This document shows, piece after piece, positions 19,464-28,467 of a stretch of 64,000 nucleotides of DNA (position 1 is its first letter; the number at the start of each line of letters is the position of its first letter). Source of the stretch: an uncultured Lachnospiraceae bacterium (lineage in GTDB: Bacteria > Bacillota > Clostridia > Lachnospirales > Lachnospiraceae); the NCBI GenBank assembly GCA_946549155.1, contig CAMNQN010000001.1, forward strand, positions 531 to 64,530, written 5' to 3'. Under the pieces are notes generated by a model that ran no database searches, was not told the origin of the DNA, and saw only the letters and a list, made by a program, of their open reading frames with translations. A program made the position numbers and the translations under genes.

Positions 19464-22400
19464 ACAGAGTGAATTCAAAAGAATATTGGGAAAAAAGATT
19501 TACGGAACAGGATTGGGAAAAAAATAGAGGAGGCGAACAGACAAAATATTTTTATGAATTATTGGTGAAAATGCTTCCGCAATGGATTGTTACAGAAATA
19601 CGAAAAGAGAAGTATACCGTAATTGACTTTGGATGCGCAGAGGGGCAGGGAGTTCCTATTTTACAAGAAAAATTAGGAACAAAGATAATAGGGATGGATT
19701 TTGCGGAGGGGGCAATTCAACAGGCCAGACTTAAATTCCCGCAGCATACGTTCGAGGTAGGCGATATAACAAACTATGGTGGGAGAGTAGATGTTGCTAT
19801 TATGTCAAATATATTGGAACATTTTACGACTCCGTATAATATTTTGGAGCATATTTCAAAATGTACAAATAAGTATATGGTGGTAATGGTTCCTTTTGAA
19901 GAAGAAAATTTAATGACGGAGCATTGCTATACGTTTAGGTTTAATAATATTCCTATTGCGGTAAACGGATTTCAATTAGTGCAGCTAGAAGAATATGATT
20001 GTTTGAAAGATGCTAACAATTTGTTTTTAGGAAAACAAGTCTTATTAATATATTCGCAAAAACAGGATATTAATGAGACTATATCATATGAACAAATGAA
20101 TCGGGTAATTCCGGCTTTGAGGCAACAAATAAGGGATGTTCAAGATAAATTTCAGCAAAAATTTGAGAAAAGTCAATTTGAAGTTGAAAAAAATCACATG
20201 ATAGCAGAAAAAAAGCAATTAGAGTTAGAATTGGCTAACAAGGAGAGAGCTGAACTGGAAGCACTAAATGAGCAAAAAAATGCGCAGTTAGTGAATGAAA
20301 GAAGTGCTTACTGTGAATTAAATGGAAGATATGTAGAGCTTAGTGAGAGATTTAATTCATTAAATGATACGTATGGCTATACAAAAGAAAAGTATCGTGA
20401 AATTCTGGATTCTTATACATGGAAGATAGGAAGCGCACAACTTAATGCGCTAAAAAAAGTGAAACTTTTGGCGCCTGTAAAGAAATATATGGATGCTAGG
20501 TTACAGAAGAATAATATAGAAGAGAATTTGGCAACTGAATTAGATAGTAATTTAGAGCAGATTTTAGCAAAACAAGAAGTGTCAGATGACATTACAAATT
20601 ATATAAAGATACAGGGAAAATTATTCCGAGAGAGCATTGATAGTCCATTAGGTGAAATTTCTCTGAAATTACAAGAAATTATTAAAACAAGACGTTATAA
20701 AGGAATTGTTGTTTATCCTCATGCGGTGAAGTGGGAACCGATTCAAAGGCCACAACATTTTTTGCGGGAACTTTCTAAGAAGGGTTTTCTCTGCTTTTTC
20801 TGCGAAAATGAAGAATGCTCTGAAGACGTAGCAGAACCTTATGAAAATGTATTTATTGTTAAAAATGGAGAATTAAATTTATTGCCCGTTTTGCAGGATA
20901 AGGCGGTAATTGTTTTGATTACTTTTTATCTGCAAACTTTATTTTCAAAGTTTCTGCCTCAAAAAGTAATATGGTTTGACATATTAGACCGGTTGGATTT
21001 TTTTGATGGGAACGGAGATATAAGTAAAGATATTTATCGTGAATTAATTAGTAAAGCGAATATTGTGAGTTATTCAGCGAATAATTTAAAAGAGTATGTT
21101 TCTGAAAGAAAGGACGCAATAAAGCTTCCGAATGCAGTAAATCTTGATGATTTCAAGAAAAGAGATGAGGAGATTCCAAAAGAAATTCTAACTTTAAAAG
21201 AAAAAGGGAAAAAAATTATTGGTTATTATGGAGCAATCGAAGAATGGTTTGACTGGAGTGCGGTCAAATATTTGGCGGATCAAACAGATTATGAAATTGT
21301 GTTGATTGGAGCTGCAAATGAAAAAATAAAAGACAAGTTGCAGCATAATCAGGTTCATTTTCTTGGCAGAAAACCGTATCAGTCTCTTTATAAGTATGCA
21401 AATTGTTTTGATGTAGCGTTGCTTCCCTTTGTCGTAAACGATTTAACAAATAGTGTTTCGCCTGTTAAATTTTTTGAATATGCTGCTATGGGGCTTCCGG
21501 TGGTATCTTCAAATATTCACGAAATGAAACAATATGCTGTTGAAAATGTGAAATTGTATTCAACAAAAGAAGAGTTTGTCGATTTAGTGAAGTCTTTAGC
21601 AATCAGATATTCTGGGAAAAAAGTAAGCTTCAATGATTTTATCAAGCAAAATACATGGGAACAGAGGATTGATGTATTTCTGGAAAGTATGAAATCGCAA
21701 ATTGGAAATCTAAAAGTATTGGCAAATACAGATTCGAGTGGTTCAGTGGCGGTAAATACAGTAACCTTTTTTAAATACGATGGGACAACATATTATTCAG
21801 GTGGTGCTGAGCGATATCTTTTGGACTTAGATGAAATTTGTGAAGAATTGAATATCAGATTCCGTGTTTATCAATATGGAGAGTATGATTGGGTACGCTT
21901 TTACAATAATGTTGAAGTTATCGGTTTGGGAGCGAAGCAGAATGATGTGAATGTATACAGTGTCTTATTGAAACAAGAGATGGAGGAAGCTTTTAAAAGA
22001 AATACTCAAAATAAGTCACTAGTGGATATTTATTCAGCGTTTAACTTATTGCAACGAAAAGATTCAGTGACGTCTATCGGAATAAGTCATGGGATATTTT
22101 GGGATAATGAGGCAAATTGTTTCACGAATGGAACAGATTTTTGGCGTAATGACGAAGAAATAATTCGGGCTGCAAAATATTGTGATTATATGGTTTCGGT
22201 GGATACGAATACATGCAATTGGTTTCAGACAATTGATTATCAGCTTAGCAAAAAAATGAAATATATACCGAATTATGTGGATAATCAGGAATTCGCTCCG
22301 GGTGAAAGGAACGACAAAGAAAAGATTATTATAACATATCCGAGACGTTTATATGGCGCGAGAGGATTATATATTGTTTTGGATGTGATTGACGATGTTT

Positions 22401-23098
22401 TGAATGCATTTGAAAACGTCGAGTTTCATTTTGTGGGCAAGGGGTTTGAACAAGATACAAAATATGTGGAACAAAAGATATGTAAATGGGGGGACAGAGT
22501 AAAATGGTATTCACAATCTCCCGATAAAATGCATGAAGTATATAAATATACGGATATTTCTTTGGTTCCGACTATGTATAGTGAGGGCACAAGCCTGTCT
22601 TGCCTGGAGGCACTTTCCAGTGGTAATGTTGTTGTGTGTACACGAGTAGGTGGTTTGACAGATTTAATTCTTAATGATTATAACGGAATTTTAATTGAAC
22701 CAGATAAAGAATCTTTAAAGGAAGCGTTGTTTGAATTATTGAATTCTCCGGAAAAAATGAAAACATTGAAAAAGAATGCAGTATTGACGGCACAAGCTTT
22801 TTCCAAAAGTAAATGGAAAGAGCGTTGGAAGAAAATTTTGAAAAGGGCCATTGGAGAGCAGAATACAGCCCCGTATGAATATCATAAGCGCTGCATGATT
22901 AAACTGACTAAACTGTCGGTTCAGGATGATAAAGTGATAAATTGTATTTGCAAATATTTGGATGACGGATATTATGTATATGTTGCCAGTCCAGAAAAAA
23001 CTAACAAATTTCACAGTTTCCAAAGATTGCAGTTTATATTGCTTGACGAGGATTTATATTTTGAGCCGGATGTCATTTTGACGGAGACAGAAATTTAA
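19460..23098 (+). CDS. Multidomain protein: class I SAM methyltransferase - coiled coil - TuaH-like GT - GT4-type GT
   Basis: aa 1-200: VIDFGCAEGQG, GMDF, SNILEHF. aa ~205-345: heptad-like Gln/Glu/Lys-rich stretch. Next, WEPIQRPQHFLRELSKKG, IGYYGAIEEWFDW, VSPVKFFEY. C-terminal part has EGTSLSCLEALSSGNVVVCTRVGGLTDLI (GT4 E-x7-E region). ATGA overlap with the Wzt-like gene. Confidence 0.8.
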   Translation: MNRVNSKEYWEKRFTEQDWEKNRGGEQTKYFYELLVKMLPQWIVTEIRKEKYTVIDFGCAEGQGVPILQEKLGTKIIGMDFAEGAIQQARLKFPQHTFEVGDITNYGGRVDVAIMSNILEHFTTPYNILEHISKCTNKYMVVMVPFEEENLMTEHCYTFRFNNIPIAVNGFQLVQLEEYDCLKDANNLFLGKQVLLIYSQKQDINETISYEQMNRVIPALRQQIRDVQDKFQQKFEKSQFEVEKNHMIAEKKQLELELANKERAELEALNEQKNAQLVNERSAYCELNGRYVELSERFNSLNDTYGYTKEKYREILDSYTWKIGSAQLNALKKVKLLAPVKKYMDARLQKNNIEENLATELDSNLEQILAKQEVSDDITNYIKIQGKLFRESIDSPLGEISLKLQEIIKTRRYKGIVVYPHAVKWEPIQRPQHFLRELSKKGFLCFFCENEECSEDVAEPYENVFIVKNGELNLLPVLQDKAVIVLITFYLQTLFSKFLPQKVIWFDILDRLDFFDGNGDISKDIYRELISKANIVSYSANNLKEYVSERKDAIKLPNAVNLDDFKKRDEEIPKEILTLKEKGKKIIGYYGAIEEWFDWSAVKYLADQTDYEIVLIGAANEKIKDKLQHNQVHFLGRKPYQSLYKYANCFDVALLPFVVNDLTNSVSPVKFFEYAAMGLPVVSSNIHEMKQYAVENVKLYSTKEEFVDLVKSLAIRYSGKKVSFNDFIKQNTWEQRIDVFLESMKSQIGNLKVLANTDSSGSVAVNTVTFFKYDGTTYYSGGAERYLLDLDEICEELNIRFRVYQYGEYDWVRFYNNVEVIGLGAKQNDVNVYSVLLKQEMEEAFKRNTQNKSLVDIYSAFNLLQRKDSVTSIGISHGIFWDNEANCFTNGTDFWRNDEEIIRAAKYCDYMVSVDTNTCNWFQTIDYQLSKKMKYIPNYVDNQEFAPGERNDKEKIIITYPRRLYGARGLYIVLDVIDDVLNAFENVEFHFVGKGFEQDTKYVEQKICKWGDRVKWYSQSPDKMHEVYKYTDISLVPTMYSEGTSLSCLEALSSGNVVVCTRVGGLTDLILNDYNGILIEPDKESLKEALFELLNSPEKMKTLKKNAVLTAQAFSKSKWKERWKKILKRAIGEQNTAPYEYHKRCMIKLTKLSVQDDKVINCICKYLDDGYYVYVASPEKTNKFHSFQRLQFILLDEDLYFEPDVILTETEI

Positions 23099-23297
23099 AC
23101 GATAAAATATTTTTGGAAAAGTGGCAAATAAATAATATTAATAGGATTTTTGTGTAAATCTTATAATATTTGTCACTTTTCTTATTTTTATGGCATCTTG
23201 AATCAAGAATAGGGTGCAGACAAGTTTTCTTATATTATATTCGAGAAAATATTTGTTTGGGAAAATTTGATGGTGTGTTCTATAGAAAGGAATTGAA

Positions 23298-25742
23298 ATG
23301 TCAGGCAGGAAGAAACAGATAAGAAAAAGTAGTAAAGTTTTATTTAATTGTATAATTATTAGTTTATTGTTATTGATTAATATAGGAACTTTAAAATGGC
23401 AATTAGGATACAATTATTATAGGGAATCCGGAAGTTTATATTCTCCGCGGCAGGGGTGGACGTATACAGATATATTCTCGGGAGACAGTGATGTAGTAAC
23501 ACAATATTTTCGACCCCCAAAAAGCTATTTGGAATGTATTATGTTCAGATTGGAATTTTCATTAAATGAGCAGGTGTCCCCAGAGAATATTTTTTTAATA
23601 AGTATGTATGATGAAAAAGAGCAATTAGTTTGTGAGGAAGAGCTTTATGTACATGAGTATTCTAATTGGAATGCATACACATTTAATATAGAAAAGGAAG
23701 TAAATAAAAATAAGCTTTATAAATTAGTTTTTAAAGAAAGGAAAGAAAATGAAAAACCGTCTCTGTTTTTTAGATTTCTTTTATCAGAGGAAGGCATAGA
23801 AGAAGAAGAGGGATATGAAGTAAATGGAGAAAAAAGTGCCGGAAATATTGAATTAGCATATAGATATTCATATAAAGATTGGAAGCCTTTGTTATGGATA
23901 ATAATAGGAGATTTGGTGGTTTGTATTGGTTTGTTAAGTTGTAATGTATATGCGAAAAATGGAAAGCGCAACAAAATATTAGAGGGAGCATTATGGGCGT
24001 TAACACCTATTATTATGTTTGGGCTAATGCAGGAAATTATTGGAGGAATTAGTAATATTCAGATAAAATATATTCCATTTAATTTATTCATTTTGTATGG
24101 CATATTGATTATCTTTACTCTGTTTTTTAAGAAAACAAAAATTGCCCTAATGTTATTTAGCTGCATAATTTTAATATTTGCCCTGATTGAATATTTTGTT
24201 ATGGAATTTCGGGGTAGTCCATTTATGTTAATGGATGTATTAAGTGTGAAGACTGCTATGAATGTGTCACAAGCATATTCTTTTGATTTAAGTATAAGGC
24301 TAGGAATTGAACTACAGTTCTTTTTGATGTTATTTTATGCACAATTTTTTGGAATTAAGCAGTCTAATACAAAGAAGATAGTTAAAAATAGAATTTTGAG
24401 TATGGGACTTTTAGTTCTGGCAATATTGTTGATATATAATAATCCTTTTGGTATTTTTGAGAATAAAATATCATTTTATGCTGTTGATCAGGAGTATCTT
24501 CATAAAGGATATTTTTATATATTGTTCTCAGAAGTACAATCTATGCTTCAAGATAAGCCAGAGAATTATTCCGTTGAAAGTATTAGAGACATTGTTAATA
24601 ATGTTGAAAATGGTATTAGCGTAGAATCGACGGATGATAGTCCGATGAATATTATCGTTATTATGAATGAGAGTTTTGCTGACTTTGATGTTCTTGGGGC
24701 AGTAAAAACAAAAGAAAAAATTGCGCCATATATAAAAGGAATGGACAAAAATGTTATAAAAGGATATTTGCAGGTCCCGGTTTTTGGAGGGAGCACAGCT
24801 AATACGGAATATGAAACTCTGACGGGAAATTCAACAGAATTTTTACCGGTGTCAAGTATACCATATATATTGTATACCAAAAGTCCGGAATATGGTTTGA
24901 CATTGACTTTAAAGCATCAGGGGTATAGAACTATCGCGATGCATCCTTTTGACGCATCAGGGTATAACAGGGAAAAGGCTTATGAAAATATGGGTTTTGA
25001 AGAATTTTACAGTATAGAAAATTGGGAGAGTGATTATAAAACTATTCGGAGTTGGATGAGTGATCAGTCTGTATATGAAAAAATTTTTCAAATTTATCAA
25101 GAAAAGAATCAAAATGAAAAACTCTTTGTGTTCTGTGTTACAATACAAAATCATGGCGGGTATTCCGAAGAATGTGCTAACGGATATGAAGACAAAGTGT
25201 CCTTGGACTATGAACAAAATTTTCCAGAAGCAGAACAGTATTTGGCATTAATTAATGAATCAGATAAAGCGTTTAAAAGTTTGATCAATTATTTTGAAAA
25301 TATAGAGGAAAAAACAATGATCGTTTTTTTTGGTGATCATATGCCAATGGTCGAGTCAGAATTTTATGAAACCATTCTGGGAAAACAAACGGAAGAATTG
25401 AGTTGGGAAGAGCAGCAGCTAAAATATCAAATACCATATATTATATGGACAAACTATCCCCAGGAAACTTTTCAAGAAAATATAAGTTCGAACTATTTGG
25501 GAAGTATTATCTTGCAAAGGGCGGGATTAAAGCTAACAACTTATAATAAATTTTTGCTAAAGTTAAAACAAAAACTGCCTATTATTGGAAAGGAGGCTGT
25601 AATGGATGCGACAGGAGCGTGGTATGAATGGAATGAATTGCCGGAACAATATGAGAATATGATAAATGATTACAGAATTTTACAATACAATAATATGTTT
25701 GATCAAAAAAAATTGATCAAGAATATTTTTAGTTTACAATAA
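23298..25742 (+). CDS. LTA-synthase-family (sulfatase-fold) polytopic membrane phosphotransferase with extra N-terminal domain
   Basis: IIVIMNESFADF, GGSTANTEYETLTG and FFGDHMP are typical of LtaS/alkaline-phosphatase-superfamily enzymes. Hydrophobic core spans about aa 195-385. An unusual ~170-aa soluble segment follows the first TM. Confidence 0.8.
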   Translation: MSGRKKQIRKSSKVLFNCIIISLLLLINIGTLKWQLGYNYYRESGSLYSPRQGWTYTDIFSGDSDVVTQYFRPPKSYLECIMFRLEFSLNEQVSPENIFLISMYDEKEQLVCEEELYVHEYSNWNAYTFNIEKEVNKNKLYKLVFKERKENEKPSLFFRFLLSEEGIEEEEGYEVNGEKSAGNIELAYRYSYKDWKPLLWIIIGDLVVCIGLLSCNVYAKNGKRNKILEGALWALTPIIMFGLMQEIIGGISNIQIKYIPFNLFILYGILIIFTLFFKKTKIALMLFSCIILIFALIEYFVMEFRGSPFMLMDVLSVKTAMNVSQAYSFDLSIRLGIELQFFLMLFYAQFFGIKQSNTKKIVKNRILSMGLLVLAILLIYNNPFGIFENKISFYAVDQEYLHKGYFYILFSEVQSMLQDKPENYSVESIRDIVNNVENGISVESTDDSPMNIIVIMNESFADFDVLGAVKTKEKIAPYIKGMDKNVIKGYLQVPVFGGSTANTEYETLTGNSTEFLPVSSIPYILYTKSPEYGLTLTLKHQGYRTIAMHPFDASGYNREKAYENMGFEEFYSIENWESDYKTIRSWMSDQSVYEKIFQIYQEKNQNEKLFVFCVTIQNHGGYSEECANGYEDKVSLDYEQNFPEAEQYLALINESDKAFKSLINYFENIEEKTMIVFFGDHMPMVESEFYETILGKQTEELSWEEQQLKYQIPYIIWTNYPQETFQENISSNYLGSIILQRAGLKLTTYNKFLLKLKQKLPIIGKEAVMDATGAWYEWNELPEQYENMINDYRILQYNNMFDQKKLIKNIFSLQ

Positions 25743-25826
25743 AATTGTAGATGATCTAAAATAATTTGCTGCTATGAAAATGATAAAATTATTCCAGATA
25801 TCGAAAGGTTGGAGAACGTATAAATT

Positions 25827-27260
25827 ATGGGACGAAACATGGGCAGTTTTGTAATAAAAAAATTGCAGTTAAAAAAACTATGGATTATATTTTTTCTAAT
25901 TATTTTTTTCGTAGTACCTTTAAGCTTTTTAGACAGCATTTTTAAATGGCCGCTGTTGATTTTCCTCTTTTTTACTGTGATTTGTTATGTGTCTAATATT
26001 AGAAACTTTTCCTTTTTTCTATTTAGTGTAGCATTTTGCATCAGATTAATAATAGTTTTGACAATTAATACACCTCCTATAAGTGATTTTGAATGTTTAT
26101 TGTCAGCCTCACAAAGGCTATTGGAAGGTGATACAAGTTTTGTGAGCGAAGGCTTTTGGGGGGGGGTTAAATATTTTCAAATTTGGGCGTATCAATTAGG
26201 ATATGTTGTATTTCAAAGCGGACTTTTATTGGTTTGGAATAATATTTTGATGTTGCAACTTTTCAACTGCTTAATGGGCGCGGGGACAACTGTATTGGTG
26301 TACTTAATTGCTAAAGAGATATCCGGAGAAAAAGCTTCTGAAGTGGTAGCCTTAGCATATTGCTTTCATTTATTTCCCTTAACTTATGTTACAGTATTGT
26401 CCAATCAGTTTGTGGCGACTTTTTTGGTTTTTTTAGGTATATATTTGCTTATTTCCGATAAAATAATATGGTCGTCTTATGTAAAATATGGGGTTTGTGC
26501 AAGTTTATTAGCTCTGGCGAATGCACTTCGACCGGAAAGTATAATTCCGTTGGTTGCAATATGGATAAGTTTGTTGCTGACTATTAGTAGAACGAATATT
26601 AAGGAAAAAGTATTGTTGATGATGATTTTAATTGGAGTTTATTTTGGTTTAAAATCTATCATTTCTGCTTTATTTATTTTAACTGGGTTATCTTCTGTTG
26701 GTCTTGCGAACATGAATCCCTATTACAAATTTATGGTAGGACTTAATTATGAAACCAATGGGGGTTGGAATGAATCAGATTATATGTGTTGTGAGAATGT
26801 ACAGATGTGCATGGAAATTATGAAGCAGAGAATCCTACAGCCATTACCTCAGTTAGTACAATTATTTTTCAATAAAATTAAGGTATTTTGGGAAGGAGGG
26901 GCGCTATCGTGGAGTTTTACAGATTCTTTACGGAATGGTATGATGTTAATGGGCAGAAGAATTGATGTGTCCTTGATTTATGTGATATGTGAGCATATTA
27001 ATAAATGTATAACGGCAATTACATATGGTTTGTTAATGATAGGAGAAATCGGAACATTACAAAAAAATGGTAATTCAAAGATTGTATTGTTGACGAATTA
27101 TATTTTTGTTACATTTGGAGTATACTTATTGATCGAAGTTCAGTCAAGATATGTATATTCCGTGCAAGTTGCAGTTTTTATTTTGGCTTCATTGGGTATG
27201 GAAGAATTAGTCAAAATTAGAAAAATAATAAGACAGAAAATAGCATCGTTGTTATGTTAG
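25827..27260 (+). CDS. Polytopic GT-C-type (ArnT/PMT-like) glycosyltransferase candidate
   Basis: 477 aa with more than 10 hydrophobic segments. Acidic first-loop motif (PPISDFE). Located directly upstream of a GtrB-like gene. The family call is tentative. Confidence 0.55.
   Translation: MGRNMGSFVIKKLQLKKLWIIFFLIIFFVVPLSFLDSIFKWPLLIFLFFTVICYVSNIRNFSFFLFSVAFCIRLIIVLTINTPPISDFECLLSASQRLLEGDTSFVSEGFWGGVKYFQIWAYQLGYVVFQSGLLLVWNNILMLQLFNCLMGAGTTVLVYLIAKEISGEKASEVVALAYCFHLFPLTYVTVLSNQFVATFLVFLGIYLLISDKIIWSSYVKYGVCASLLALANALRPESIIPLVAIWISLLLTISRTNIKEKVLLMMILIGVYFGLKSIISALFILTGLSSVGLANMNPYYKFMVGLNYETNGGWNESDYMCCENVQMCMEIMKQRILQPLPQLVQLFFNKIKVFWEGGALSWSFTDSLRNGMMLMGRRIDVSLIYVICEHINKCITAITYGLLMIGEIGTLQKNGNSKIVLLTNYIFVTFGVYLLIEVQSRYVYSVQVAVFILASLGMEELVKIRKIIRQKIASLLC
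26158..26166 (+). repeat. G9 homopolymer inside the GT-C candidate gene
   Basis: ggcttttGGGGGGGGGttaaa, read as TGG GGG GGG GTT (W-G-G-V) at codons ~111-114. Counted directly from lines 26101 and 26161. The surrounding gene is about 30% GC. Confidence 0.9.
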
Positions 27261-27281
27261 AATAATAGGGAGGAATGGATC

Positions 27282-28256
27282 GTGAAGCCTATTTTATATA
27301 TTCTTATTCCTTGTTACAACGAAGAAAAGGTTCTTCCCATAACCTGCAATATGTTTTTAGGGAAGCTCTATTCGCTGATTAATGCCGAAAAAATTGGAGA
27401 CAAAAGTCGTATTTTATTTATAAATGACGGTTCTAAAGATGGTACCTGGGAGATTATTTGCGATCTGGCAAGGGGGGATGCACATTACATAGGCATTAGT
27501 CAGAGCAGGAATAGAGGGCATCAGAATGCTGTGCTTGCTGGATTAATGGAAGCTAAGGACAGGTGTGATATTACGATTTCTATTGATTGTGATGGGCAGG
27601 ATGATATTAATGCCATGGATACTATGCTCGAAGAATACCAGGGTGGGTGTGAGATTGTATATGGAGTACGTAGCAGACGTGATACAGATACTTTTTTTAA
27701 ACGGACCACTGCGGAGGGATTTTATAAGTTCCTGAATTGGATGGGAGCAGAAGTGGTTTTTAATCATGCGGATTATCGTCTTGTGTCAAATCGGGTGTTG
27801 CGGGAATTTGTTAATTTTGAAGAGGTAAATATTTTTCTGAGAGGAATGTTTCCGTTAGTGGGATTTAAAAGTACAAGTGTCTACTATGAGAGAACGGAGC
27901 GGATTGCAGGGGAGAGTCACTATACGCTAAAGAGGATGTTGGGGTTGGCGTTTGACGGGATAACAAGTCTGTCGGTGAAACCAATTCGTATGATAGCGTC
28001 TTTGGGGTGTATTGTGGCATTACTGAGTTTTATAGGGATTATTTGGGCTATAGTGGGCAATTTTACCGGTCATACCATATCGGGATGGGCCAGCACGATT
28101 TGCATCATTTGTTTTATGGGAGGCATTCAGTTGTTGTGTCTTGGCGTGATAGGGGAATATATTGGGAAGATTTATATGGAGACGAAACGCAGGCCCCGGT
28201 ACATTATCAGTGAGAGAACGGATGGGATGACGGGTGAAGGCTCAGGCAATCCCTGA
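27282..28256 (+). CDS. GtrB-like polyprenyl-phosphate glycosyltransferase (GT2 with two C-terminal TM helices), copy 1
   Basis: GTG start 9 nt after AGGGAGGA. LIPCYNEEKVLP, NDGSKDGT, SQSRNRGHQNA, DCDGQDD. C-terminal helices and RPRYIISE. Confidence 0.85.
   Translation: MKPILYILIPCYNEEKVLPITCNMFLGKLYSLINAEKIGDKSRILFINDGSKDGTWEIICDLARGDAHYIGISQSRNRGHQNAVLAGLMEAKDRCDITISIDCDGQDDINAMDTMLEEYQGGCEIVYGVRSRRDTDTFFKRTTAEGFYKFLNWMGAEVVFNHADYRLVSNRVLREFVNFEEVNIFLRGMFPLVGFKSTSVYYERTERIAGESHYTLKRMLGLAFDGITSLSVKPIRMIASLGCIVALLSFIGIIWAIVGNFTGHTISGWASTICIICFMGGIQLLCLGVIGEYIGKIYMETKRRPRYIISERTDGMTGEGSGNP
27288..28222 (+). repeat. 935-bp direct repeat, copy 1 (gtrB paralog body)
   Basis: Collinear with 37569..38503. 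The offset of 10,281 bp is identical at the start, the middle and the end, so I detected no net indel. Contains an exact 50-nt match (27747-27796 = 38028-38077). Confidence 0.85.
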
Positions 28257-28467
28257 TTCAGAAAAAATGATAAAGATATTTTCACGTTTGCATAAGCGTA
28301 GGTGTTAAAAGTAAGCATGCCACGTATCATAAGCATGTTTCATAATCAATGTGTTAAAACACCGTGTGGTTTGTTTTTAGAGTAGGACCTACAATTATTA
28401 CGAGAACTTAGGTTATGTAGGAAATAGGTAATAGATGTTTTAAAATGCGTATTATTCAGGAGAACTT

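Noticed and set aside
23138-23413. 91-aa minus-strand ORF in the AT-rich spacer before the LtaS-like gene
   Set aside because: The translation is Ile/Leu/Asn/Lys-rich, typical of random AT-rich sequence. It overlaps the start of the plus-strand gene and has no RBS.
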